A DNA stretch of 64,000 nucleotides from assembly GCA_963767735.1 (NCBI GenBank), contig CAVYES010000004.1, positions 448,001-512,000 of the forward strand. Direction: 5' to 3'. The notes under the pieces are model-generated. The model was not told the DNA's origin and made no database searches. It was given only the letters and a program-made list of their open reading frames with translations. This DNA is from Candidatus Bathyarchaeota archaeon. Lineage in GTDB: Archaea; Thermoproteota; Bathyarchaeia; Bathyarchaeales; Bathycorpusculaceae. Shown here one piece after another: positions 20,377 to 30,843 of this stretch (position 1 is the first letter of the stretch; each line of letters opens with the position of its first letter). The translations under genes were made by a program, and so were the position numbers.

Positions 20377-22595
20377 TTATTCTTTCTCGAAGTATTCTTC
20401 TGGTTTTGGCGGGACTGGTGGTAAACCTCTGCGTTCGCGAATCTTCTTTATTGTATCAGCTTGCATCTGCTCTGGAACTGGTGCCCAACGACTAAACTGT
20501 GTTGCCCAGAAAGCTCTGCCTGAAGTTGAACCTCGCAGTTCATCAGCGATGCCGAAGCTTTCGGAAACTGGCATTTCAGCTTTTACAGTGATCATGTCTT
20601 CTTCAGATGGCATGTCAAGGATTTTTCCTCGTCTTTTGTTAAGCATTGTGATTACTGCGCTGACGAATTCGCTTGGAACTTTACATTCGAAACTCATGAG
20701 TGGTTCAAGCAGTTTTGGATCGCTCAGCAGTATACAGCAGTATATTGGTCTCCAAGTCATTGGGATAGCTTGTGCTGGTCCCCTGTGGACTGGGTCTTCA
20801 TGCAGGACTATGTCTTCAAGGTTGATTTTCAAGCCGTAAGCTGGTTCTTTAGCTAATGGCGATGTATGGACTGCTTCGCGGAACCCACCTTTAATGTGGT
20901 CTAAAATTTCCTCAACATATTGTCTTCCACGAATACGGTTGACAAGAATGCAGTTTTCTTCTACAGCTACTGCGCCTTTTGCTTCATCTGCTTCCCATCC
21001 TAAAGCCCGCAAGGTTTTCGTTCGTTCATCTTTGCTTTGCATATCATTAATTTTATCAGACTTTATTGCTTCAATCACTTCATCTGACAGCTTCTCAATA
21101 GTTATCCAAAGTTTGTTATGTTTGTTGGGGCTTTTACCCATGATTGCTGGACCGCGGTAATCGTGACTGATGGTTTCTCGGTAGATGACGATTGGCTTGC
21201 TAAGTTTTACTTTTAAGCCTGCTTCCTGCATTCGGTAAGCGGTGATTTCAAGGTGAAGTTCACCCATGCCTGATAGGAGAAATTCGCCGCTTTCTTTATT
21301 CATAACAAAGTGCAGGTTAGGGTCTTCCGTTGTAAGTTTATGCATGACTTTATCGAATAAAGGTAGGTCTTTGACGTCTTCAGGTTCGACAGCTACGGTT
21401 ACGACTGGGTCAGAAACATATCTTAAGCCTTCAAACGAATGTACATCTGCGCCTTCTTCTGCAATAGTTTCGCCGACATGTATTGATGGTAAACCTGAGA
21501 TTGCTCCAATGTTGCCTGCTGGAACACGGTCAATAAGAACACGGTCAGTTGCCATACTCATGAAAACCTGTTGAATAGTGCCTTTCTGGTTACTGCTTAA
21601 AAGTTGGACTGTTTTTCCTCGCTCAACTGAACCGCTGAAAATTCTGCCGATTGCAACTGTTCCGCTGTGTGGGTCAACTTCAATTGTTGATATGCACATG
21701 AGCAAAGGTGCTTTAGGATCAACTTTTGCCATGCCTTGACCTGTTGGACTATTAACGTCTCCTGGCCAAATCTGTGGCTGCCTGTATGGTTGTGCTTCGT
21801 ATGGGTTAGGTAAGTGTTTGACAGAACATATCCAGAATTGGTTCTGGTAACGGTGCTCTTTTACTTAGTTCATCAACTTTTCTTCCCACTTCTATCGGGT
21901 CGCCTGAGTATGCGTCGATAATGTCTTGGAAAGTGACTTTCTTCATTTTCATGTGATCAAGATTTAAACCCCATTTGTGCAGTGCGGAACCGAATGCAAC
22001 ACGGCTATCTTCTATTTTGACTTGCCAGTCTTGTTTATGTTCTGCAGGCGCATACCTCTCAATTAAACTGTTTACTCTCATGAGAATCTTTGCAAATTTC
22101 TTTTGAATCTCTTCAGGTGTGAGTTTGATTTCTTTTATTAGTCGGTCAACTTTATTGATGAATAGAATTGGTTTAACACGTTCTCGAAGAGCTTGCATCA
22201 AAACGGTTTCTGTTTGAGTCATGGGTCCTTCAACAGCATCCACAACCACAAGTGCACCGTCGACTGCTCTGAGGCTTCTTGTTACGGCACCTGAAAAGTC
22301 AATGTGTCCAGGGGTGTCGATGAGGTTGATGAGGTAATCTTGATTATTGTAAGTGTGAACTAAGCTAACGTTTGAGGCGAAAACGGTCATTTGACGTTTC
22401 TGCTCAAGATCCCACGAATCGAGGAAACAGTTTTTGCCCAGCAGTTTGGGTGCTGATGATTCCTGCTGCTGCAAGTAAACTGTCGGCTAGTGTGGTTTTT
22501 CCGTGGTCAACATGAGCAATAATACTGGTATTTCTGATGAATGTTGGAGTTTCCATCAGTTTGACTATTTCGTCAGTTTGCCTATAACGCGCCAT
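20377..22595 (-). CDS. fusA: archaeal translation elongation factor 2 (split by two +1 indels at ~22425 and ~21820)
   Basis: [25 protein letters not shown], diphthamide motif [11 protein letters not shown]. Confidence 0.93.
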
Positions 22596-22874
22596 AACTA
22601 TACATTCTCCATTTTTTGAGGATATTTATTACGTGAAACTACTTGAAAAGTGAATTTGTAGCCTATTAACTTTATGGCAAAGTTTATTTGAAATACTTGG
22701 AAAAATTTTACACCTGAATAATCGAGCGCAAGCATGTTAAACCAAACAATTTGGCAATAAAATCAACCAGTTTTTACGTCCGCAGCTAACAAGGGGGTTA
22801 ATTATTGGCCGTTAGGCATATGCCTTTCTTGATAATCCTGTAAAGGTTTTTATTAGCTCTTCGGCAATGTAGGT

Positions 22875-23762
22875 TTGATGTCTGGTAAACAATTTTTCGT
22901 AGATCGCTATGAAGAACTTGGCTGGGAATATTCGGAGGTTCAGCTAAGGCAATCGATACGAATAAACCAGATGAATGCTAAAACCAAAAAACTCGCTGAA
23001 AGACTCAATAGTTTAGGCGTTACACTCGAGAAGATAACTTTTTTGCCAAATGGATATTGGATAGCAAAATCCAAAGTTTCTGCCGGTGCCACAGCTGAAT
23101 ACCTGCTTGGCTTGTACTCGATTCAGGAAGCAGCTGCCCAAATTCCAGCAACTCTCTTCACCGCCTTAAAAGGTAAAATCGTGTTGGATGCTTCAGCAGC
23201 TCCCGGTGGGAAAACCGTTCAACTTGCTGATTTAATGGAAAACAGCGGTGCAATAATAGCTTTAGATGCGAGTAAGCAGAGGCTGGTGGCGATGGCGAAT
23301 CATTTGGAGCGTTGCCACGTCAGCAACACAATCGTCTATAACTTGGATGCACGGCAAGCCGGAACTCTGAACCGCATCTTTGACCACATACTTTTGGACG
23401 TTCCTTGCTCCGGAAACTTTGCCGCTGATAGTCAATGGCTTTATCGAAGAACCCTCGCCGACATAGAGCGCAACTCGAAGATACAACGGGAAATTCTAAC
23501 TGAAGCCGTAAAATGTTTATCACAAAATGGCGAAATGGTTTATTCCACCTGTTCATTGGAGCCCGAGGAAGACGAGTTAAATATGGATTGGGCAGTCAAA
23601 AACTTGGGGCTGCAGATTCAACCGATTAACTGCCTTGGGGTAAATGGGTTAACTGAGGTTTTTAGGAGAAAACTTGCCTCGCAGGTTGCCAATTGCAGAA
23701 GAATCTGGCCTGAAAAAACACAGGGTTTCTTCGTATGTAAGCTAAAAAAGGTGCTCTCCTAA
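22875..23762 (+). CDS. RsmB/NOL1/NOP2-family RNA m5C methyltransferase
   Basis: AAPGGKT, LLDVPCSG, YSTCSL.PEE. Confidence 0.92.
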   Translation: MMSGKQFFVDRYEELGWEYSEVQLRQSIRINQMNAKTKKLAERLNSLGVTLEKITFLPNGYWIAKSKVSAGATAEYLLGLYSIQEAAAQIPATLFTALKGKIVLDASAAPGGKTVQLADLMENSGAIIALDASKQRLVAMANHLERCHVSNTIVYNLDARQAGTLNRIFDHILLDVPCSGNFAADSQWLYRRTLADIERNSKIQREILTEAVKCLSQNGEMVYSTCSLEPEEDELNMDWAVKNLGLQIQPINCLGVNGLTEVFRRKLASQVANCRRIWPEKTQGFFVCKLKKVLS

Positions 23763-24241
23763 TGAGACCGTATGAAGTTTTTGCTTCGCGTTTTGGAGCC
23801 AGAGTTGCCTTTGACCCTCAGTTTATACTTGAAAAGAGCCAACGGTATTATCTTTTGAATCCGCGCCTTAAAAAAGTTGGGCAAGAGGACTTTTTTTATG
23901 CTGGCTTGTACCTGGGTAAAGTGGGCAAGAATGGCGGTTTCTTTCCAAGCTTTAACCTTTTAAATATGCTTGTGGATGTTGCTTCGAATAAGATTGTGGT
24001 TGACGGAAAAGCGGCTTGGCTTTTCATCTGCGGAAGAGATGTTTTTCGAGCTGGCTTAGTGAAGGTGATGGGGTCTAAGCATAAGGATGATGCCACTTTG
24101 GTCCTTAATGAGTTCGGTGAATGTCTTGGCTTTGGCACGATAATGGATAATTTAAATGAGACAGAAGGCAAGGTTGCTGTTAAGAACGTACTGGATGTTG
24201 GGGATTTTCTGCGAAGGGAGAGATGGGAAAATTCGATCTAG
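23762..24241 (+). CDS. NIP7-like PUA-domain protein
   Basis: AGLYLG, AWLFICGRD, GECLGFG, DVGDFLRRE. Confidence 0.8.
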   Translation: MRPYEVFASRFGARVAFDPQFILEKSQRYYLLNPRLKKVGQEDFFYAGLYLGKVGKNGGFFPSFNLLNMLVDVASNKIVVDGKAAWLFICGRDVFRAGLVKVMGSKHKDDATLVLNEFGECLGFGTIMDNLNETEGKVAVKNVLDVGDFLRRERWENSI

Positions 24242-24397
24242 CTATTCAAAGTTTTTAGTTTGTTTGGTGCATCTAATTTTTAATTAATGTTTTTGCCTCA
24301 GAAACTTTTTTTGCATAGTGAACGTTTATTCAATCAATCAAGGGATAAACTTATATACGTTTATGTTTTAAGTGGATTCTCAAACATATGATTTAAT

Positions 24398-25870
24398 ATG
24401 GTGAAAGTCATGGATGAACAAGTAAAGAAAGCAATTGAAACTCTTAAATCAAATAATATTCGATGGGTGCACAGCGCATTCGTCGATGTAAGAGGAATAC
24501 TCCAAGACATGGTTCTACCAGCCCGAGAATACATTAACGGCTCAGCATTCACAGACGGCATCGGCTTCGACGGATCTTCAGTACGCGGCTTCAAATCAAT
24601 CGAAGAATCCGACATGATCTTCATGCCTGACGCCAAAACCTTATCGATAATGCCCTGGGTAACTGATGAAGCGCAGAAAAGCGCAATCGTACTTGGCGAC
24701 GCATTGGAAGCTTCAGGGGCAAAAGAACCCTCCGTTACCTGCCCAAGAGGCTACGTAGCGAAACGAGCCATAAAAGCAGCAAAAGACATGGGTTACACTG
24801 GAATTTTCGCTCCTGAACTTGAACACTTCGTATTCACCTCAATTGACCCAACTAAAATGACCTGGGATCTTTGGGCAGCTCCCAAAAGCGGCGAAGGAGA
24901 TGCATGGGGAGCACCAAGGGTTGTGCCAAATTCTCCCGAAGTAACTCCCGGCGGCTTCATTCTAAGACCTAAAGAAGCCTACTATCGAACTCCGCCTGAA
25001 GACACAACAGTGGAGTACCGAAACGAAGTTTCGCAGGTGCTGGAAGATAACTTTGGCTTAACAATCGAGAAGCATCACCACGAAGTAGCTACCGTCGGAC
25101 AAGTAGAAATCGATTACAAATACGGCGAACTGCTTGAAACTGCTGACCGAGCACTCTTCTTCAAGTTCGTCGCCAAAAATATCGCCAAGAAACGCGGCTT
25201 AATCGCCACTTTCATGCCTAAACCCATCTACCTTGACAACGCCAGCGGTATGCATGTTCACTCAAGCATATGGAAGGACGGCAAAAACGCAATGTACGAC
25301 GCGGAAGATGACTATTGCGAACTTAGCCAAACCGGCAGATACTACGTTGGAGGCATACTTACCCACGCTAAAGCCTTAACTGCAGTGTGTTGTCCAACTG
25401 TCAGCAGCTACAAACGGCTTGTACCAGGCTTCGAAGCTCCAATATACGTCATGTGGTCCAGAGCTAACCGCTCAGCACTCGCACGCATCCCCATGTACTA
25501 TAAAGGTCCTTCACATCAAGCACAAAAACGTGTTGAATACCGAGGCGTAGATCCATCATGCAATCCGTACTTAGCATTTGCGTGCATTATGATGGCTGGC
25601 TTTGACGGAATCAAAAAGAAACTTGATCCAGGCGACCCAGTTGACGAAGACGTTTATAAACTCAGCAAAGCAAAACGCAAAGAACTAGGCATAAAAGAAC
25701 TCCCAACGACACTCAAAGGAGCATTAGATGAAATGGAAAACGACGACGTCATAAAAGAAACATTAGGTACCCACGTTTTCGACGCATTCATTGAACTGAA
25801 AACCAACGATTGGAACCAATACTGCTTATACGTTTCGCCTTGGGAAATAATGAAGTACCTCGACTATTGA
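24398..25870 (+). CDS. glnA: glutamine synthetase type I
   Basis: FDGSS, ESDM, HHEVA, TFMPKP, SGMHVH, KRLVPGFEAP, NRS, NPYLAF. Confidence 0.96.
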   Translation: MVKVMDEQVKKAIETLKSNNIRWVHSAFVDVRGILQDMVLPAREYINGSAFTDGIGFDGSSVRGFKSIEESDMIFMPDAKTLSIMPWVTDEAQKSAIVLGDALEASGAKEPSVTCPRGYVAKRAIKAAKDMGYTGIFAPELEHFVFTSIDPTKMTWDLWAAPKSGEGDAWGAPRVVPNSPEVTPGGFILRPKEAYYRTPPEDTTVEYRNEVSQVLEDNFGLTIEKHHHEVATVGQVEIDYKYGELLETADRALFFKFVAKNIAKKRGLIATFMPKPIYLDNASGMHVHSSIWKDGKNAMYDAEDDYCELSQTGRYYVGGILTHAKALTAVCCPTVSSYKRLVPGFEAPIYVMWSRANRSALARIPMYYKGPSHQAQKRVEYRGVDPSCNPYLAFACIMMAGFDGIKKKLDPGDPVDEDVYKLSKAKRKELGIKELPTTLKGALDEMENDDVIKETLGTHVFDAFIELKTNDWNQYCLYVSPWEIMKYLDY

Positions 25871-25963
25871 GTCGGGAAATTGAACCTTTCCTTATTTTTT
25901 CCATTTTTTTAGACATTTTCAATCTCCAAGCACATGCACGACAATTTAAGTAATAAGTTTTAT

Positions 25964-26503
25964 AAAAAACCTAGCAGAATACCTGCCGCGTTAGCGGCAG
26001 GATGAATGCGTCCAACCCGCAGTTCTATTAGTTCTACCAAACGATAGGTCTGTCACCATTGGATAAGGAGGTGATAGACCTGGAGAAAGCAAGATCGTGT
26101 GCTTACCAAGCCAACTACCACCTTATCTGGGCCACTAAATACCGGCGCAAGGTACTTCTAGGCTCAGTTGAGGTTAGGTTGGAGGAGGTACTTAAGACGA
26201 CTGCTAGTCAAAGTGGTTTTCAGCTGCTTGCTGCTAAGGTTCATCGTGGTGATCATGTGCATGTGTTTGTTTCAGCTCCGCCGAAAGTATGTATACCTGA
26301 GATGGTGCGTGTTTTGAGGTGCAATTCAGCGAAGTTGCTTTTTGAAGAGTTTCCGGTGCTGGAGGAGAAGCTTTGGGGTGGACATTTGTGGTCGGAGGGA
26401 TACGCTGTTAGAACTGCAGGTGTTGTGACTAGCACGAAAATCGAGGAATACATCAATAGGTCGTAATTAGGGATGCTCGCCCCGTAAGGGGCGAGTAGTT
26501 CAC
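25964..26503 (+). mobile_element. IS200/IS605-family insertion sequence, tnpA only
   Basis: Left hairpin CCTGCCGC-GTTA-GCGGCAGG (25982-26001), right hairpin CTCGCCCC-GTAA-GGGGCGAG (26476-26495) ending ..TTCAC; left boundary inferred after TTTAT. Confidence 0.85.
26059..26466 (+). CDS. tnpA: IS200/IS605 Y1 transposase
   Basis: YHLIWATKYRR, HUH motif DHVH, LWGGHLWS, EEYI. Confidence 0.93.
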   Translation: MDKEVIDLEKARSCAYQANYHLIWATKYRRKVLLGSVEVRLEEVLKTTASQSGFQLLAAKVHRGDHVHVFVSAPPKVCIPEMVRVLRCNSAKLLFEEFPVLEEKLWGGHLWSEGYAVRTAGVVTSTKIEEYINRS

Positions 26504-26645
26504 TTTTCTCTATAGATTGTTTTAGCAATACTATAATTTTTTTTTGTTCTTTTATGTCTAAAACTTCTCTTGGAACCAATCCACATAAAAACCATTCATA
26601 AAATTTTAATTTTCCATGTTTTCCTATTTCTATTGAATACATTTT

Positions 26646-27647
26646 TTAACCCTCTATTATGTTTTCGTTGTCTTTGAAGACTTGTTCAGAAGAACTTAGA
26701 GTTTCCTCAACCAGATTGTAGAGTTCATTCAGAAGCAAAGCCAACTTTTCGCCTTTAGCAGTCAGGCAGTAGGCTTTAGGCATTTTTCTCATGAACACCA
26801 GCTTCTTTCCCTTCAGTATTCTCAGGTACTTGTAGGTTGTCCTTGTTGTAAGTCCTGTTTTTTCGGCGAGTTTTTGGGCGGAAATTCTCCCGTTAGGTAC
26901 GCCGTTGTAAACCTTGCTTTCGGTGGAGGATAACGTTTCCTTTGCAGGGTCGCGTTTTGATTTGAAGAAGAATATGTACGCTCTTTCCTTGGGAGTTTCT
27001 GCCAGCTCCACCTTTTTCAGTCTCCTTAGGATTCGCGAGACAATATTTTCGGGGAGAAGCCCGTTTATGTCTTCAAAGGTTTTGGGTCCGCTGAGCAAAG
27101 CTTTGAGTACAGTTTCTTCATAGCACTCGGAATGCACTGGCAGAAAGTTCAGTATTTTAGCTGAACCTTCGATCAATTCTGTAAGTCTGCCACCGAACGT
27201 TGTCGCGTAGTACCCGTCTTGAGCCTCAACGGCAAGCCCAACTTCCACCAATGGCCGCAAGTACTCTTTAACTATGGTGTCTTGACTGTGTGAGTGACCC
27301 GCCTTTCTGAGTTCTTGTTGAAGCTTGCGCACTGAATAGTGGCCTTTAGCATTCGTCATGAGAATGTGTAGTCGCGTGTCGCTTTTGAGTACGTTCATTA
27401 GGTCTTTCATGAAGTCTGGGTTTTCAATGGTCTTGTGGAGTCTTCTAAGCTCGTTCTTCATCTTCCAGGTTTTGCAGCGTGAGATGCATTCAAGCGGAGT
27501 TAGTGGAGTGCACTTCCGGCATTCATCATCCAAGATTCTGAGCATTGCTGGGAAATCACGGTTTTTTTCCACGCTTCTGGTCGGTGCCAGTATGTTTTGA
27601 GCCTTCATTTGGCTTTTACCTTTTCGGCGACGAGAAATAGTGTGCAT
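26646..27647 (-). CDS. Cys-motif, multi-winged-helix protein
   Basis: CRKC-x7-C-x3-C near N-terminus; several wHTH-like segments (YLRPL..VGL..YY.TTFG; LAEKTGL..RTTYKYL..L..KKLV). Confidence 0.65.
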   Translation of the reverse strand: MHTISRRRKGKSQMKAQNILAPTRSVEKNRDFPAMLRILDDECRKCTPLTPLECISRCKTWKMKNELRRLHKTIENPDFMKDLMNVLKSDTRLHILMTNAKGHYSVRKLQQELRKAGHSHSQDTIVKEYLRPLVEVGLAVEAQDGYYATTFGGRLTELIEGSAKILNFLPVHSECYEETVLKALLSGPKTFEDINGLLPENIVSRILRRLKKVELAETPKERAYIFFFKSKRDPAKETLSSTESKVYNGVPNGRISAQKLAEKTGLTTRTTYKYLRILKGKKLVFMRKMPKAYCLTAKGEKLALLLNELYNLVEETLSSSEQVFKDNENIIEG

Positions 27648-27691
27648 ATGCTACAATTCCTCTTGCAGATTTTTTGAAAAGAGAGGCTGTT

Positions 27692-27793
27692 TTAGTTACT
27701 GGTTGATTGTTGAAGAGCGGGCACCGCATTTGCTTGTGAAAAGAACAACACGGTAACTACAGTAGCTATCGCTAGGATCTTCCTCCTTTTCAT
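27692..27793 (-). CDS. 33-aa ORF consisting of a signal peptide plus a 10-aa tail
   Basis: MKRRKILAIATVVTVLFFSQANAVPALQQSTSN; below the ORF-track size cutoff. Confidence 0.5.
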   Translation of the reverse strand: MKRRKILAIATVVTVLFFSQANAVPALQQSTSN

Positions 27794-27992
27794 ATCATCT
27801 GTAAAAATGTAAAACACACGTTTATTAAACGGTTTTTCAGAATTATACCCAACTTTGTTCCTAATCTTTTTGGTTTGCGCTCATATTAGAAAGTGATAAT
27901 TACTGTGGAAAACTAGGAGAGAATGCCTCAAATAGGATAATAGGAATTGAGCCGAACCTGAAATTGCATTAAGGAAATGAGATCAATTGTAA

Positions 27993-28450
27993 AGGCTCTA
28001 AACGCGCTGGTTTGTCCCGAAATTGAAAGCTTATTTTGAGAAGCGGGGTCTCGTATCAAATGAGTTACGTCCAAGCTTAGGAGGTATATCCTAGCGGGAC
28101 AAGATGAACACGAGACCATAGAAACCCTCTTCAGAAACTTAGACTTAAGTTTTGCTAAAGCAGCAGTCATAGGTTGATTTCACAGTAGTGGACCCGGTAG
28201 GCATCCCAGAAACCCACTCGGCGTTTTCAGAACTTTCATCGTAATGCGTATGAAGGGCGCTCGCAGCCTAAGAGAAATGACAAGACTTCTTGACGTTGAC
28301 CAAAGATACAGAAGGCTTTGTTTGCTTAAGACGGGCGAGGCGGCTTATTCTAGAAGCGTTCTCAGCAGGTTCACTCGAAAAATTGGAGAAGACAACCTTG
28401 TCAGAATAATCGAGGAAAAAGTCGTTAGACTTTTGAAACGGAACGGTGTT
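27993..28450 (+). pseudogene. truncated DDE transposase (IS5/IS1182-like N-terminal part)
   Basis: GPGRHPRNPLG..SLRE...RRLC...SVLSRF; in-frame TGA at 28175; no catalytic domain; GGCTCT end-like sequence ~27994. Confidence 0.65.
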
Positions 28451-28848
28451 TACTTGTTCTCAGTTGATTGCTCTGTCTCAGTCTTCGATAAAACCAGAGC
28501 GCCTCCGATTACCCCAAGAAGCAGCCCCACAAGGTAGCCGCCCCCTGTGAAAATACTCAAAGCCGAAAAAGCAATCACAGTAACAGCCCCTTGCCTTTCA
28601 TTCTTTGAGTTACACAAGAGCCAAGCACCCAAAATGACTATTAAACCCAGAACCACAGTTAGCACTCCTAAAATGCCAAACTCCCTCGCGTCGAGTGAAT
28701 GTCTTCGGATCGCCCCAAGGCCCAATTCTAGAATCAATCGACTCCGAATCACGAGAAACACACCTTGGAGAACTATCAGAACTCCAGAAAGCAAAGAGAG
28801 CACAAAACCAAAGGCATGAGTATGACTGATATCATCAGTATGGTTCAT
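28450..28848 (-). CDS. membrane protein (DUF6114-like)
   Basis: Four TMs, FSALSIF.GGG...G.LLGVIGGAL. Confidence 0.65.
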   Translation of the reverse strand: MNHTDDISHTHAFGFVLSLLSGVLIVLQGVFLVIRSRLILELGLGAIRRHSLDAREFGILGVLTVVLGLIVILGAWLLCNSKNERQGAVTVIAFSALSIFTGGGYLVGLLLGVIGGALVLSKTETEQSTENK

Positions 28849-29201
28849 TATATATGTCGCCTAACCCTCTCAGAATCTACACGTATAATCCAAGGCACAG
28901 CTGAAAGAAGAATAATAATGCCTACTACAGGATAAAGGAAGAGGTGTACACCAGGGACAACCTTTCCAACGCAAAATCCTAGAACAAGTAATGTGAGACC
29001 ACATAGTAACCGCCAACCAAATTGTAAGATAGAAAAAGCCCGATAATTCATCCCGCTGGCACCGGCAACGGACCAGTTGAACGAGTTGACGTTAAAGATT
29101 GCTCCAATTTCTCTTGAAGAAAATCGTCGAAACTTTCTCATCTCCTTTATTTGGAATGCTTTTAACAATATTGAAACTGGAACTCCTAAATTTGTTCTCA
29201 A
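28848..29201 (-). CDS. small membrane protein (true start probably at MNYRAF)
   Basis: Two hydrophobic helices in the C-terminal half; stop overlaps the next start. Confidence 0.4.
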   Translation of the reverse strand: MRTNLGVPVSILLKAFQIKEMRKFRRFSSREIGAIFNVNSFNWSVAGASGMNYRAFSILQFGWRLLCGLTLLVLGFCVGKVVPGVHLFLYPVVGIIILLSAVPWIIRVDSERVRRHI

Positions 29202-29304
29202 TGGCAGTTCTTATTTCTGGAGTATGCACTTCTATAATGCAGAACTCGATTCTTCGGAGAACTTCTGCAGGAACGCTTACTAGACTAATTTCTGCGCCTT
29301 CACA
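29092..29304 (-). pseudogene. C-terminal remnant of an FkbM-type methyltransferase
   Basis: Startless frame CEGAEISLVSVPAEVLRRIEFCIIEVH...NWSNL* resembles the KxDCEGxE..EVH motif. Confidence 0.5.
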
Positions 29305-29361
29305 ATTGAACGAGCGCGCGTGTTCCTTCTGGCAAGCAATCGCTGAGAATTGAAAGTGTTG

Positions 29362-30825
29362 TTAGTATTTTATGATTAGAGTTGTGCCATTTTCGTTTGT
29401 CAATGTATAGATAATGGCTATTTTGTTGGGCAGGTCAGTTCCAGGAATGGCTTGTAATGTTTTAGGAGTGATGTATTCTGCTTGGTTTTGATTAAAGTTA
29501 GACGGCTGGTTTAGCGACGCTGGATTAGATGGTGAAATAATTTGCGGGTTTGCGTTTTGAAAACTGAATATTTGACTGGGCATTGAGTTAAAAGTCAGGT
29601 TAGAATCAATTAATATTATGTGGGTGCCAATCGAATCAGTACTGACGCCTTTAACGTAGGCTGAGGCTGTTAGTGCCAGTTTAGGAGTGACGTACCCAGA
29701 TTGGATATTGACTAAGGCGTAAGTAGCAGTGGCGCCAGCTACAATTATTATGCATGTTAGAAAAATCGCAACTATCCGCTTGCTGGGTTCAAGTCCCCTA
29801 GGTTTTATCATGGTTAGTTGGTTTATGTTCCTTAGCCTCAAGTCTATTTTCGGATGACCAGAAAGTATTTGCGGTCTATGAATGATTGGCGATGTTACTA
29901 AAAGATTTGAGGTTATTCGGATTAATCTACCTTCACCCGGTAGGTTTTGTAGTGCCGCAGTAATTTTTGTTAATGCGTTTGCCAAGCTGTCGGGTTTTTG
30001 TAGGAGTTTTGCTCCGTTTTCGTCCGCCAGCATTTCCCTTTCTCTTTGGCTGTTGAAGAATGCAAAGTATGCCAGAGGGTTGAAGAATGACACAGCCGTT
30101 AAAGCGTTAGACATGGTCTTAAAGAAGAAATCGTGATTTTTGACGTGGGCAAGTTCATGGGACGCTACTGCCAATATTTCTTCTTTATCTAAAATATTTA
30201 GAAGCCCTAAGGTGAAGACAAGTTTCGTTTTGCGGCCACTTCCCATTGTGAAAGCATTGGGACGCAAGTCTTCAACGAGCGCCACTTGTGGAGTTGAAAT
30301 GGATAGTTTCTTGGAGATTTTAGCTATTTCTGTTTGAAGCCAGCCATACTCATTTGAGTCGAGGTTGATTACATGCAGGAGCCTAGAAGCTATCCAATCT
30401 CCCATCACAATAGTTGTAACAGCGTAAATCCCTCCGAATGCTAAGCCGGCTAAGCAGATAATTCCTGTTATTGAAAGAACCTGACTTGTTGAAAGTGCCA
30501 TGAGCGTAACCATTGTTTGCGATAAAGGCGGCCGTATTAGATGGGAGGGGCTAAAAAGCATAGGCCCTTGAGGAACGCTGAAGGAACCGATTAAATGGTA
30601 AGAGACTGCTTGTATCAAAATTTTAGGCGGAAATGAAAGCATAACAAAGAGTGGCGCAACTATAGGGAGTAGGTAAATCAGGCTTTTGGTTTTGCTGCTC
30701 ATGAACGGGCAACACTTTACTACTATTTTTATGCAAACAAACGATATGACCAAAACTATAATGGAATAGTAAAAGTAAGGTTGAAAGACCTGAACTAGCA
30801 CATCTTCAAAGTTCAATTCAACCAC
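29362..30825 (-). CDS. BlaR1-like membrane zinc peptidase (M56/M48)
   Basis: N-terminal TMs, PNAFT, HELAH, FFNP, REREMLAD, HP; C-terminal TM plus extracellular tail. Confidence 0.85.
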   Translation of the reverse strand: MVELNFEDVLVQVFQPYFYYSIIVLVISFVCIKIVVKCCPFMSSKTKSLIYLLPIVAPLFVMLSFPPKILIQAVSYHLIGSFSVPQGPMLFSPSHLIRPPLSQTMVTLMALSTSQVLSITGIICLAGLAFGGIYAVTTIVMGDWIASRLLHVINLDSNEYGWLQTEIAKISKKLSISTPQVALVEDLRPNAFTMGSGRKTKLVFTLGLLNILDKEEILAVASHELAHVKNHDFFFKTMSNALTAVSFFNPLAYFAFFNSQREREMLADENGAKLLQKPDSLANALTKITAALQNLPGEGRLIRITSNLLVTSPIIHRPQILSGHPKIDLRLRNINQLTMIKPRGLEPSKRIVAIFLTCIIIVAGATATYALVNIQSGYVTPKLALTASAYVKGVSTDSIGTHIILIDSNLTFNSMPSQIFSFQNANPQIISPSNPASLNQPSNFNQNQAEYITPKTLQAIPGTDLPNKIAIIYTLTNENGTTLIIKY

Positions 30826-30843
30826 CTCTTCAGAGTTGCCTTA

